Of a stretch of DNA of 64,000 nt, positions 50,263 through 61,549 are shown in pieces (the first letter of the stretch is position 1; each line of letters opens with the position of its first letter). The notes beneath the pieces are model-generated. The model made no database searches, was not told where the DNA came from, and worked only from the letters and a program-made list of their open reading frames with translations. The stretch lies in assembly GCA_964016885.1 (NCBI GenBank), contig OZ024742.1, positions 174,468,001 through 174,532,000 of the forward strand. The letters are read 5' to 3'. Source of the stretch: Eledone cirrhosa (Eukaryota). Position numbers and translations under genes: made by a program.

Positions 50263-52689
50263 ATATACTGAGTAATAATAATACTAATATTATTAACCAT
50301 ACCGTTTGTGTTCATTTCAAGAAATCTATTGTAACGTGGAGTAAGTTCCTTCGTAAATCTGTGGTTAATTTATCATCTATATTTCTATTAGACTCTAGCA
50401 GCATATTGTTTTCTCTTATGTAATAAATATATATTCACTTTATAAAGTTTTAGTTCTGATGCTATAAAAAAAAGCACCACTACAATCTCTAATGTGGTTG
50501 GCATCAGGAAAGCTATCCAACCATCAAAACCATGTAAAATATGAAATTTATCAGAAAGATGAGATCTCTCTCACCTGTCTAATCTTGGATCATGATAACT
50601 TATGCGACCCATGCATTTATGGAAAGCAGATGTAAAGGTGAGGATATCCACAGTTTAGGTTTTCATGTGGAAGCAAATTAGCAGAATCATTAGAACAGAA
50701 CAAATACTTGACACAATTTGATCAGCCTCTCAGTATTCTGAGTTCAAATCCTACCATGACCAGCCTTGGCTTTTCATAACTTTGGCACCGATAAAAAAAG
50801 TACTGGTTGAGGAGTAGGGGTTGTCAGAAGTGTGAAAACAATTGAATGGGAAGACACACAATATCTATTTAATTCCTTGTTTTCTGGACACACAATGTGT
50901 GTCTGGTGAACTGTTATTGGGGCATCATAATATTTATGCATATTCTTTCTGGACCTCTGCACTCTGGTATGAAATCACACTAAGGTCAACTTTGTCTTTT
51001 ATAAAGATAAATAAAGTAAATGTCTAGTAATGGGGTCTCTCTCTTTCTCCTTCTCTGGAAGAAATCAGCTGTATTCAAATGCCCAATATGACACCTCTTC
51101 AACTCCTAATGGAGTTGTGAGATCATTATTCAGGAACTTGAGTGGTAAACTTGATCCATTGCTCTGTTTAACCCTTATGATAACGAATTGCTAAAACGAT
51201 CCCTGATTCTATGATAGTAAATAGTTTATGTTGACTCTTAACATCCTGTATCACATTAAATTGGATGAGCAAGACATTTCTGAAAATTATAAAACAATAC
51301 TATGGCCATAGCACTTTAAAAATTGAAGTCTTTAATTTGCTGTATTTATTCACAAAGATCTTTCTACTTGCAGAATTCCATATGTCTAATACACATGGAT
51401 ATGCTTACAAAATCAGAAAACAGTACAGCTCCCATGAATTTTGGAAACATCTTTTCATGCTCAGAGTTGCTGAAACATGAAATAAAGTACCTGCATCAGT
51501 TGTTAGCCGTCAGGACACTGCATCCTTCAAAACTTCCATACTTCCAGAAATTCGACAACACTACACCTGATATTTCCCCTCCATACACAAGCACTCATCA
51601 TGTGTGTGTCTGTGTGTATATTATGAATCATACACAGTTCACTTCCTTGACATTTGTACATTATTCTATGTACTATACATACATTTTTGATGAGTTTGTA
51701 CACAATTATGTTTTCATTATTATTATTTTTTTTATTATTATAGTAAATATATAAAAATCTTAATTAACAAAGCAATTTCTAAATATTTCCTTCTAAATTT
51801 TAATCAAAATCCCTTCCATCATCAGCTTTGTAATGAGAAATTTGTATTACTAATTCAAAATTACTTGCAAATCATAAGTAATATCTTTCATTAGAAATAT
51901 GGTAATGAAAACAGTAAACACTATTACCATTCATGCATAAAATAAGGCTTATGATTTAATTCTTCATCTCCATCTCCATTACCAAATAGCAAATTCAAAT
52001 TTATATACCAAACCAATAAAATATTAATTCATTTTTTCAATATTGGAAAGCTCAACGATGAAGTTAATCACAATTAAATTAAAACTCAGAACATTGAATA
52101 ACAAATCCATTAATAAAATGCATCTATTCCTATTTTGTGTTAGCATGTATTACTGACCTCAAGAGATTTGATATAATGAAATGCTTAATCAGCAATGTAC
52201 ATGCATACATATATATATATATACACATACACAAACATATATACATAGATAGATAGATACAAACATACATACACACATGCATGCATACATACATACATAC
52301 ATATATACATACTTTTGTATATATTCGTTTCTCTTGCCTCTACTTTCCATTCCACCTGTTAGCTTTAATTTTCTCTTCGTTTCTCTTCTATCCCCAGTTA
52401 AATTAGTCTAAAGAAGAACAAAAGTCAACTCCCTCATACTTTGTGTCACTGACTTCTGCATAAACCCTGCTCTCACTTCATATATGCTTATAATCTCAAG
52501 GAAGATATAATATGACCCTATTCTTCATTCATTCATCAAAGTAATAATTGTTTTTCTCTCCAGCAATGTCCATTATCCTTCATTACTTCTTAGGTCAAAC
52601 AACCTATTTACTCTCAATTACATTTTTCGTTTTTCTTTAGTCATCTTCCATTTCAAAAAACAAGACAATCAGTTAATCACCTACCAATC

Positions 52690-53993
52690 AGGTCAGCATA
52701 CTAGCCACAGAGATTTTATCCTCCCCTGAAGACAAGACAGAGTTACAGTTACAAGCACAAATTCCCTCCCTGGTAAATAATGCACCTCGCAACATAACCT
52801 ATTAATTAGCGACTTTATAGTTAGGGCTACAAGAACTCAGCAGCAGAGCACAAGATGGAGGAGAAGAATACGGAAGTTAAAGGACCCATTAGCCTGTAAC
52901 AAATTTAGAGGTATGTTGCTTGTCGCTTATGACAGTAAGGAAGAGCAAATAAAGACATACAATCAAGGGGAGCAGTGGGAGTTCCTAAAAGATAACCTAC
53001 TGAAGGCGATAAGGAAAATCTATGGTTGAAGCAGGTCTATTCTACTATTCCACCAACAAGTCACTCTCCTCCCTAGGGAGGAGAGTGACTTGTTGGTGGA
53101 ATAGTAGAATAGATGAGATAATTAAGGCCAAAAGACAGGCATGGTAAGAAAGGCAGAATGAAGTAAGCAGAGACGCATAGTAGATTGCTAGAACAGGAAC
53201 TTGGTAACAAATATACTTTGCAAGAAGGGAAGCAGAAAAAAAAAATTCAAGCATGTTTTGCAGTGTGAAGTTCAGGAGTGCATGAGGAGTTCAGGAGTGC
53301 ATGAGGAGTTCAGGATTGCAAGGTTGTGTGTCAAGGAAAATTGTGATGTTGATGGGGAAAAGTTTATCTGAGATGATAATGGTGTACTAGCCCTCACTGA
53401 TGCTCAAAAGAAGGTCGCATAGAAGTGCCACTATGAAAGAATACTGAATGAGGAGAATGTTTGGGAAGAAGATAGTTAGCCCTAAGTTGACCCAACAGAG
53501 GGAGCAGCTGTACAAGTCAGCAGTAGTATAGTACTGAAGGCAATGAAGGATATAAAGACAGGCAAGTCAGCTGGATCTTCTGGGATAGTTGGTGAGATGC
53601 TGAAACCATCTGGTATGGTGGGTCACACCATAGCCACCCGTATTGTAAACCAAGTAATACAAAATGATGTCATACACAATGACTGGTGTAGCATCACCAT
53701 CATCAACTGCTGCAAGGGCGATATCCACACATCTCCCCAACCCAAGTCTGCAATCCACACTATAAAGTGGTTGTGTGGGTGACAAAAACATTCCCTGCCA
53801 AAAGTGTAATGCAGTCATGTAGGTGTCATGACAAAAAGCACCCAGTACACACTTTAAATGTAGTTAACCAAACCAAAATCAGTTTTGTATGAGTAAGACA
53901 TGGTTATCTGATCTGGCTTGTCTCACAATGGAACAGTTCGTTTAACACATGCTATCATGGAAAATGGATGTTAAACGATTATGATGATGATGA
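52690..53993 (+). mobile_element. Degenerate RTE LINE with a large internal deletion
   Basis: MKDIKTGKSAGSSGIVGEMLK..NDWCSITIINCCKGD joins directly to the RTE 3' UTR and (ATG)n tail. Confidence 0.8.
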
Positions 53994-54137
53994 TCATATG
54001 TTAAGGAGACTTATATGCCATTTTATTTGGACTATATTTGTAAGTCAAAACAATTCAATGAAGCGTCTAATTTCTTATGAATACACACAGACACACACAC
54101 ATACACACACACACACACATATATGTATATATATGTA

Positions 54138-54511
54138 TATATATATTAGAAAGTGAGGTTTTTTTTTACAAAATGAAAAATAACCGAGGTGTCCTACATG
54201 AGTGAATCTATAAAGAAAAAGAGATGAAATCGAAAATGCAACTGGAGTCTTATTTAAAAAAAAAATATATATATTTATTTGGTTCCTTTACCGGTTTCAC
54301 AGTTCTTCTGCTTTTCAAACGGTGAGTTGAGATGGTGGGTCTGTGGTTTTTCTCACATCCGATGTGAGAAAAACCACAAACCCTCCATCTCAACTCACCT
54401 TTTGAAAAGCAGAAGAACTGCGAAACTGGTAAAGGAACCAAATAAATATATATATTTTTTTTTAAAATAAGACTCCAGTTGCATTTTCGATTTCATCTCT
54501 TTTTCTTTATA
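54138..54511. mobile_element. Inverted PLE-type pseudo-LTR pair (palindrome 54209-54511, centre 54360) with an HHR in each arm
   Basis: The ~150-bp arms have few mismatches and are flanked by (TA)n. HHR motifs lie at 54285-54322 (-) and 54398-54435 (+). Confidence 0.85.
54398..54435 (+). ncRNA. Minimal type-I hammerhead, U3-A8 core
   Basis: CCUU-UUGAAAA-GCAG(AAGAA)CUGC-GAAA-CUGG-UA-AAGG. The mirror copy has the palindromic ACCGGU helix III. Confidence 0.72.
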
Positions 54512-54883
54512 TATATATATATATATATAAATGGCATTAGGAAAGGCATCCAGATGTAGAAACCAAGCCAAAGTCAGTTCTGTATGTGCAATATATGGTT
54601 ACCTGATATGGCATTGCTCACAACAGAATAACCTGTCTAACCTATGCTAGCATGGGAAAATGGATTGTAAACGGTGATGATGATGATAAATAGAGTTCAG
54701 TGTAACATCCATTTACTGCAAAACTGCATAACGACTATTGTCTATGTATGTGCAGGAAACCTGGAAGAAAAGCATGATTTAAGCTATATATGCACATGTA
54801 TATATGGATTGTGTAAACACAGATATGTACATATATATATATATTATAAACATGTATCTTCATCTACAATATTTTGCAAGCAT

Positions 54884-54970
<87 letters not shown>

Positions 54971-54993
54971 GTATATATATACAGTATATATAT

Positions 54994-55049
<56 letters not shown>

Positions 55050-55050
55050 G

Positions 55051-55086
<36 letters not shown>

Positions 55087-55124
55087 TATATATATACACA
55101 CCTATATATATACAGTATATATAT

Positions 55125-55217
55125 GGAGGCACATGGCTTAGTGGTAGAAATCAAGCCAGCATCAGTTCCTGTCCCACCCTTGCAAGCAGGGAAAAAGCGG
55201 ACATAAAAATGAAATGA
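55125..55217 (+). mobile_element. Internally deleted mini-SINE B
   Basis: The head GGCACATGGCTTAGTGG joins directly to the tail TAGAAATCAAGCCAG..GGACATAAAAATGAAATG. Confidence 0.75.
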
Positions 55218-55329
55218 ATATATACACTTATATATATATATATATATATATACGTGTATATATATATATATGTATGTATATATATATATACATATATGTA
55301 TCAGTGTCGAAAATTGATGTAAAATGGTG

Positions 55330-55389
<60 letters not shown>

Positions 55390-55839
55390 CACACACAAAC
55401 ACACGTATGCGTATACTGATGGCATATTTATATAAATTTCAAAGTTCAACAGTGAAAAAAGTGCTTTTCACGCAGTTATATTATCATCATCATCATTATC
55501 ATATTAAGATTTTACTGAGGCTTTTACATGAGAAGATTCTGGGATTGTGCATGGGGAGGAGTTATTGAAATCAAAATAATTTAGCATAGCTGTGAATAAC
55601 AGGAAATGTTGATCATCATATACATCATACTTGAATTATTTCTTAAGCAAGTCTTTCTACTTCTATTATATCTTCATTTTTCATCCATTGTTTGTCTTTA
55701 TTCTCTGAGAAAGATTAACCTAATATTCTTGTAAATATGGCAGGATGAAAATATGTGGAATCAGAATCGAATCAGATTTTGCTTTCAGCAAATATTTCAC
55801 TCATCTATTGTAATCTGTTTCAATTTAAATAGATGAAAA

Positions 55840-55945
55840 TATATAAATAAATAAATAAATAAATACGTAAATATATATAAATATATACATATATATATAT
55901 GTGTGTATATACATATATATATACACATATATATATATATATTCA

Positions 55946-55986
<41 letters not shown>

Positions 55987-56013
55987 TTATATATATATAT
56001 ATATATATATACA

Positions 56014-56061
<48 letters not shown>

Positions 56062-56091
56062 TATATACACATACATATATATTTGTATGTA

Positions 56092-56179
<88 letters not shown>

Positions 56180-56193
56180 TATATAAACATATG

Positions 56194-56243
<50 letters not shown>

Positions 56244-56325
56244 TATATAAACATATGTATATACATATATATGCCAACACATATTTTTACATACAGACAT
56301 ATACATAAACATAGACATACATACA
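55840..56325. repeat. Long compound (TA)n/(CA)n microsatellite (similar tracts at 8850-9230, 46790-47080, 54880-55400, 57977-58130, 58984-59123)
   Basis: Directly visible; these tracts produce the YIYIYI pseudo-ORFs. Confidence 0.95.
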
Positions 56326-56971
56326 GAATATTTGTATATTTTAATCTTTTGCAAGTATAATTTCCAAATAATCACTACTTTGTAATAATACACAGTAATA
56401 CTGGAGGATCAATTTGTTTTGCAGTAATCTATTATCTGTCTTTCCTTATTAGGATTTTGTAAAAATAGGTTACTACTGCAAATCAAGTGAAAGGATTGCC
56501 TGTTTGGGTTGCATGACACAAATGATCATCAACATCATCATCATTTAATGTCCATTTTCCTTGTTAGCAAGGATTGGACAAGCCATAACAAACCAATTCA
56601 GTACTTAGCGACACTGACCTGTCAGTTGTGCCCAAGGGGATGGGGGGTGGGGGTGTTACATTTCACATTTTCTGCATTCACATTAACAAAAGAAAATTAA
56701 TTGTTTGTTTTTTTTAATAAGTAGAGGTGCATGGTCTAGTGGTTAACGTGTTGGACTTATGATCATAATATTGTAGATTTAATTCCTAGGCTGCATTGTG
56801 TGTTTTGTTCTTGAGAAAAAACACTTAATTTCACATTACTCCAGTATACTTAGCTGAAAACGAGTACAACTAATAGTTTAACGCTGTTATGCACTGGGGT
56901 GAGTCTTGTACTCTCAGTACATTCTTACCAAGAAAACTGGGTTGAGCAATAGCCTGATGATCTCTGGGCTT

Positions 56972-57171
56972 NNNNNNNNNNNNNNNNNNNNNNNNNNNNN
57001 NNNNNNNNNNNNNNNNNNNNNNNNNNNNNNNNNNNNNNNNNNNNNNNNNNNNNNNNNNNNNNNNNNNNNNNNNNNNNNNNNNNNNNNNNNNNNNNNNNNN
57101 NNNNNNNNNNNNNNNNNNNNNNNNNNNNNNNNNNNNNNNNNNNNNNNNNNNNNNNNNNNNNNNNNNNNNNN
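56972..57171. other. Assembly gap (200 N)
   Basis: Run of N. Confidence 1.
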
Positions 57172-57294
57172 AGTCCGCCATCAATAAAACAGGGAAAAAC
57201 CACTAGTGTATGGAATCTGTAACCTATGAAAGGCAGTATATAGACACGATAATTAAAAATATAAATTAAAGCTTTAATAAATACCTCTATAAAT

Positions 57295-57376
57295 ACACAC
57301 GTACAAATCCAAAGTGATCTGTTTCGCCAGTAAGTTGTTGACAGAAATGAAATAACCCAGATTCATCAATGTGTGT
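57295..57376 (-). ncRNA. Type-I hammerhead (copy A; U3 variant, weak helix II)
   Basis: ACACACA-UUGAUGA...GAAA-CAGAUC(ACUUUG)GAUUUG-UA-CGUGUGU. Confidence 0.65.
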
Positions 57377-57730
57377 AAGGCTATACATTTCAGACAACAC
57401 TAAGAGAATTTTTAAAGCAACCGTCCAACTACACGTATTTTAAAGTGCTCAGGATTTCCTCTCCTTTGAGCACATTATTTACAGGGAACGGCGAGAGTCT
57501 ATGGCTCCGTTAATGTATCGTGATATTTCACTCCTTATAACAGTCTTTCCTCTTTCTCTGTTTGGTTGAGTACACCTCTCTAAGTGATTTTGGGCTGCCC
57601 TTTTTAGCAACTCGTCCCTCAGAGGCTACTGGTTCACTGCCCGTAAACACGCTGTGACTTCTCTCTCCCACGTGTAGTTGGACGGTCGCTTTAAACATTC
57701 TCTTAGTGTTGTCTGAAATGTATAGCCTTC

Positions 57731-57810
57731 CACACGCTGATGAATCTGGGTTATTCCATTTATGTCAACAACTTACTGGCGAAGCAGATCACATTTGATT
57801 TGTACGTGTG
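57731..57810 (+). ncRNA. Type-I hammerhead (copy B; GAAG variant, weak helix II)
   Basis: CACACG-CUGAUGA...GAAG-CAGAUC(ACAUUU)GAUUUG-UA-CGUGUG. Confidence 0.7.
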
Positions 57811-57972
57811 TTATATAGTTATAGAGGTATTTATTTACGCTTTAATTTATATTTTTAATTATCGTGTCTATATTTTGCCTTTCATATGTTATAGATTCCA
57901 TACACTGGTGGTTTTTCCCTGTTTTATTTATGGCGCACTGTATCTCTCTCTAGTGTGTTACCTTTTCAACAT

Positions 57973-58047
<75 letters not shown>

Positions 58048-58052
58048 GTATC

Positions 58053-58135
<83 letters not shown>

Positions 58136-58390
58136 ATAAATTAACGGAGGCATAGGCCCTCGCTATTCCCTGTAAATAATGTGTTCAAAGGAGAAGTGAT
58201 CCTGAGCTCTTTAAAATACAATATGTTGAAAAGGTAACACACCAGAGAGAGATATATACAGTGCGTTATCAATAAAACAGCGAAAAAAACCCACCACTGT
58301 ATGGAATCTATAACCTATGAAAGGCAGACTATAGACACGATAATTAAAAATATAAATTAAAGCGTAAATACATACCTCTATAACTATATA

Positions 58391-58484
58391 ACACACGTAC
58401 GCATCCAAAGACACTAACCCAAAGATATGTTTCACCAATAATTTGTTGAAAGAAATAGGTTAGCCTCGGTTCATCAGCGTGTGT
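58391..58484 (-). ncRNA. Type-I hammerhead (copy C; intact core)
   Basis: ACACACG-CUGAUGA-ACCGA...UUGGU-GAAA-CAUAUCU...GGAUGCG-UA-CGUGUGU, giving a 7-bp helix I, a 5-bp helix II and a 6/7-bp helix III. Confidence 0.85.
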
Positions 58485-58979
58485 AAGGCTATACATTTCA
58501 GACAACACTAAAAGAATTTTAAAATTGACTGTCCAGCTGCACGTGGGAGAGAGAAGTCACAGCGTGTTTAAGGGCAGTGAACCAGTGGCCTCTGAGGGAC
58601 GAACTGCTAGAAAGGCCAGCCGAAAGCCACTCAGAGAAGTGTGCTCAACCAAACAGAGATAGGAAAGACTGTTATTAGGAGCGAAATATCACGATAAATT
58701 AACGGAAGCATAGGCCCTCGCTATTCCCTGTAAATAATGTCCTCAAAGGAGAAGAGATCCTGAGCTCTTTAAAATACAATATGTTTAAAAGGTAACACAT
58801 CAGAGAGTGTGTTATATAGTTATAGAGGTATTTATTTATGCTTTAATTTATATTTTTAATTATCGTGTCTATAGTCTGCCTTTCATAGGTTATATATTCC
58901 ATACACTGGTGTTTTTTTCCCCTGTTTTATTGATAACGCACTGTATATCTCTCTCTCTGGTGTGTCACCTTTTCAACAT

Positions 58980-59127
<148 letters not shown>

Positions 59128-59162
59128 TTTACATGTGCATTTATATATACATATAAGATGGA

Positions 59163-59498
59163 AGCACATGGCTTAGTGGTTAGGGCATTGGCCTTGCAAT
59201 CGAAAGGTTGTGAGTTCAATTCTCAGACCGGGCGATGTGTTGTTTCCTTGAGCAAGACACTTTATTTCACATTGCCCCAGTTTACTCAACTGTAGAAATG
59301 AGATGATAGGGACTGGGGTCCTTATCATTCCACTGCAAAGTGGTCGTGGATGTGCCACGGCAAAAAAGCACCCAGCACTCACTGTAAAACGAGTTTGGTG
59401 TTAGGAATGGCATCCAACTGTAGAAATCAAGCCAGAATCAGTTCCTATCCCACCCTTGCAAGCAGGGAAAATCGGACGTAAAATGATGATGATGATGA
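59163..59498 (+). mobile_element. Full-length tRNA-derived SINE B with RTE-derived tail
   Basis: A-box TGGCTTAGTGG, B-box GAGTTCAATTC and a central CCTTGAGCAAGACACTT domain. The 3' ~160 bp match the RTE 3' UTR at 24065-24330. Confidence 0.9.
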
Positions 59499-59506
59499 TA
59501 TATATT

Positions 59507-60563
59507 TGGTGTCATACCAAAGACTGGCAACTGCTACCAGGGTACAAGAGATGCACTAGATAGAGGAAACTATAGAGGCATCAAGTTGATGGTCCAGGTC
59601 ATGAAAGTAAAAGTAAGATATAGCACAGCTGATTAGGGACCGAGTTAATCTAAATGAGATGCAGTTTGGATTTGTGCCAGGTAAAAGCATCACAGATGCC
59701 CTCTTCCTTGTGAATGAGCTACAGAAGAAGTACCTAGCTAAAAGTAAGCCACTCTACCTGATGTTTGTTATGTTGAGAAAGCTTTTGACAGAGTCCCTCA
59801 TGCCAGTATCTGGTGGGCTCTTAGAAAACTTGGAGTAGAAGAGTGGCTTGTGAAGGCTGTAGAAGCCATGTATAGGGGAGCAGTCAGCAAAGTTAGGATT
59901 ATCAACAAATATAGCAAGGAATTTACCATGTTGATTGGCATCCACCAAGGCTTCATTCTTAACTCTCTCCTGTTTATTATGGTTCTGCAGGCTATAACAG
60001 AGGAGTTTAAGACCGCAGATGATCAAACCCACATAGCTGAATCTATGGCAGAATTAGCAAAGAAATTTCAAACCTGGAAGCATGGCCTAAAAACAAAGAA
60101 TCTTAAAGTCAACCTGACAAAGACTAATGTCCTAGTATGTAGAAGGGAAAATAGATCAGGGAGATGGCCATCCTCAGTGTGTAGGAAAAGTGTATGTATA
60201 AATTCCATCAACTGTACCAAATATAAACTATGGGCACACAACAGATGTAGTGAGATCTCAGGCAGTTTAGCTTAGAATGTAAGTTTCGCATGTAGCTGTT
60301 GCACTGAAGCAGTAAATAATAAACGACCACAGGAAACAAGCACTATCAAATGCTGGGAAAGTTTGGTAGAAGCAGTAGACAGCTTCTGCTACCTAGGTGA
60401 CCGAAGTAGTAGCAGAAAGGGGTGTTCCAAAAATACAGTAGCATGAGTGAGGATGAAATGGAAGAAGTTCCAGGAGCTACTATCACTGCTAGCTACAAAA
60501 GGTTTGTCCATCAAAATGAAAGGCAGATTGTATGACACATGTATATAAGCAGCAATGTTGCAA
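59507..60563 (+). mobile_element. Degenerate RTE LINE fragment
   Basis: RGNYRGIKL, QFGFVPGK, VKAVEAMYRGAVSKVRI, IHQG and FCYLGD, with several stops. Confidence 0.88.
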
Positions 60564-60868
60564 TGTCCTAGGCATCTCATAACAACAATATGACACAATT
60601 AGTTCACCTCAATTGGCCCCTGCTCTCTTTAACATTACACCAAAACACATTAAAACAGAAACAGATCCCATAAAGTTGATGAATTATTTGGAAAAATTCC
60701 TTCAAGAAATCCCGGATAAACCTTCTGCATATAGATATGTCTCCCCAAACAGTAACTCGCTTGTTGAGTGGCCCATGGTGATCAAATCCTGATTTGAAAG
60801 ACTTTGTCAGGTGGTGCTATTAAGTTAGACGTAGCAAGGGCCAATAGTGGCCGAAAACTATCAAAGTT
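60564..60868 (+). mobile_element. CR1/L2-type LINE 3' end
   Basis: Translates FTSIGPALFNITPKHIK..YLEKFLQEIPDKP..NSNSLVEW, resembling CR1-group ORF2 C-termini. Confidence 0.6.
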
Positions 60869-60884
60869 ATATATATATATATAT

Positions 60885-61537
60885 AAAAACATGAGAAGAA
60901 AGAAGAATACTGCGTGGTTTGCACATGGGTTACATATGATAAAAATAGTCCTTCATCAGTGATTTTCAACCATCATTGGTATTTCATCGCATTAAAAATC
61001 AGATACCTCAGGTTGGTGCGAGCAATAATCTAAAAAAAGTTTTTGGGACCAGTAATCGCCTAAAGCGAGGGGGACAAGTGAACAACATAGAAGGATAAAA
61101 ACAAACCAGAGAAAGGAAATAAACAAGCAATATGGTAGTCCTGGTCAGCATAAGCTGGGTGGATTTCTTGAGCGAAAAGTATAGACGTCCGACCTGAGTG
61201 AGATGTAAGCAAGAAGAATGGCCCACTGTTAGCCAAACGGGAGGAAGTGAGAAGGGGAGAAACAGAGAGTGAGTGAGTGGAAGTGCGAGGAAGCGGTCAA
61301 TCGAGAGAAAGTGTAACTGACAGAGGGGGCGAAAAAAGGTGAGAGAAACAGAGAGAGCGGGGAAGCAGTAAGAGAGAAACAGACAAACGCAGCCGAGGTA
61401 AATATATATAAAAAACATGAGAAGAAAGAAGAATACTGCGCGGTTTGCACATGGGTTACATATGATAAAAATAGTCCTTCGTCAGTGATTTTCCAACCAT
61501 CATTGGTATTTCATCGCATTAAAAATCAGATACCTCA
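60885..61537 (-). mobile_element. TA-flanked non-coding element with 526-bp-spaced direct terminal repeat and degenerate HHR core
   Basis: 60885-61009 is repeated at 61411-61537. The minus strand has CUGA(U/C)GAAGGAC...UGUGCAAACC in both repeats. Confidence 0.65.
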
Positions 61538-61549
61538 TATATATATATA

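Noticed and set aside
54674-56393. Many long ORFs of YIYIYI/VCVC type (also at 8.4-9.2, 31, 46.8 and 58-59 kb)
   Set aside because: They are translations of (TA)n/(CA)n microsatellites, which lack stop codons in most frames.
59163-59235. tRNA-like sequence
   Set aside because: It is the head of a SINE and continues into the SINE body and RTE tail; no proper acceptor stem is evident.
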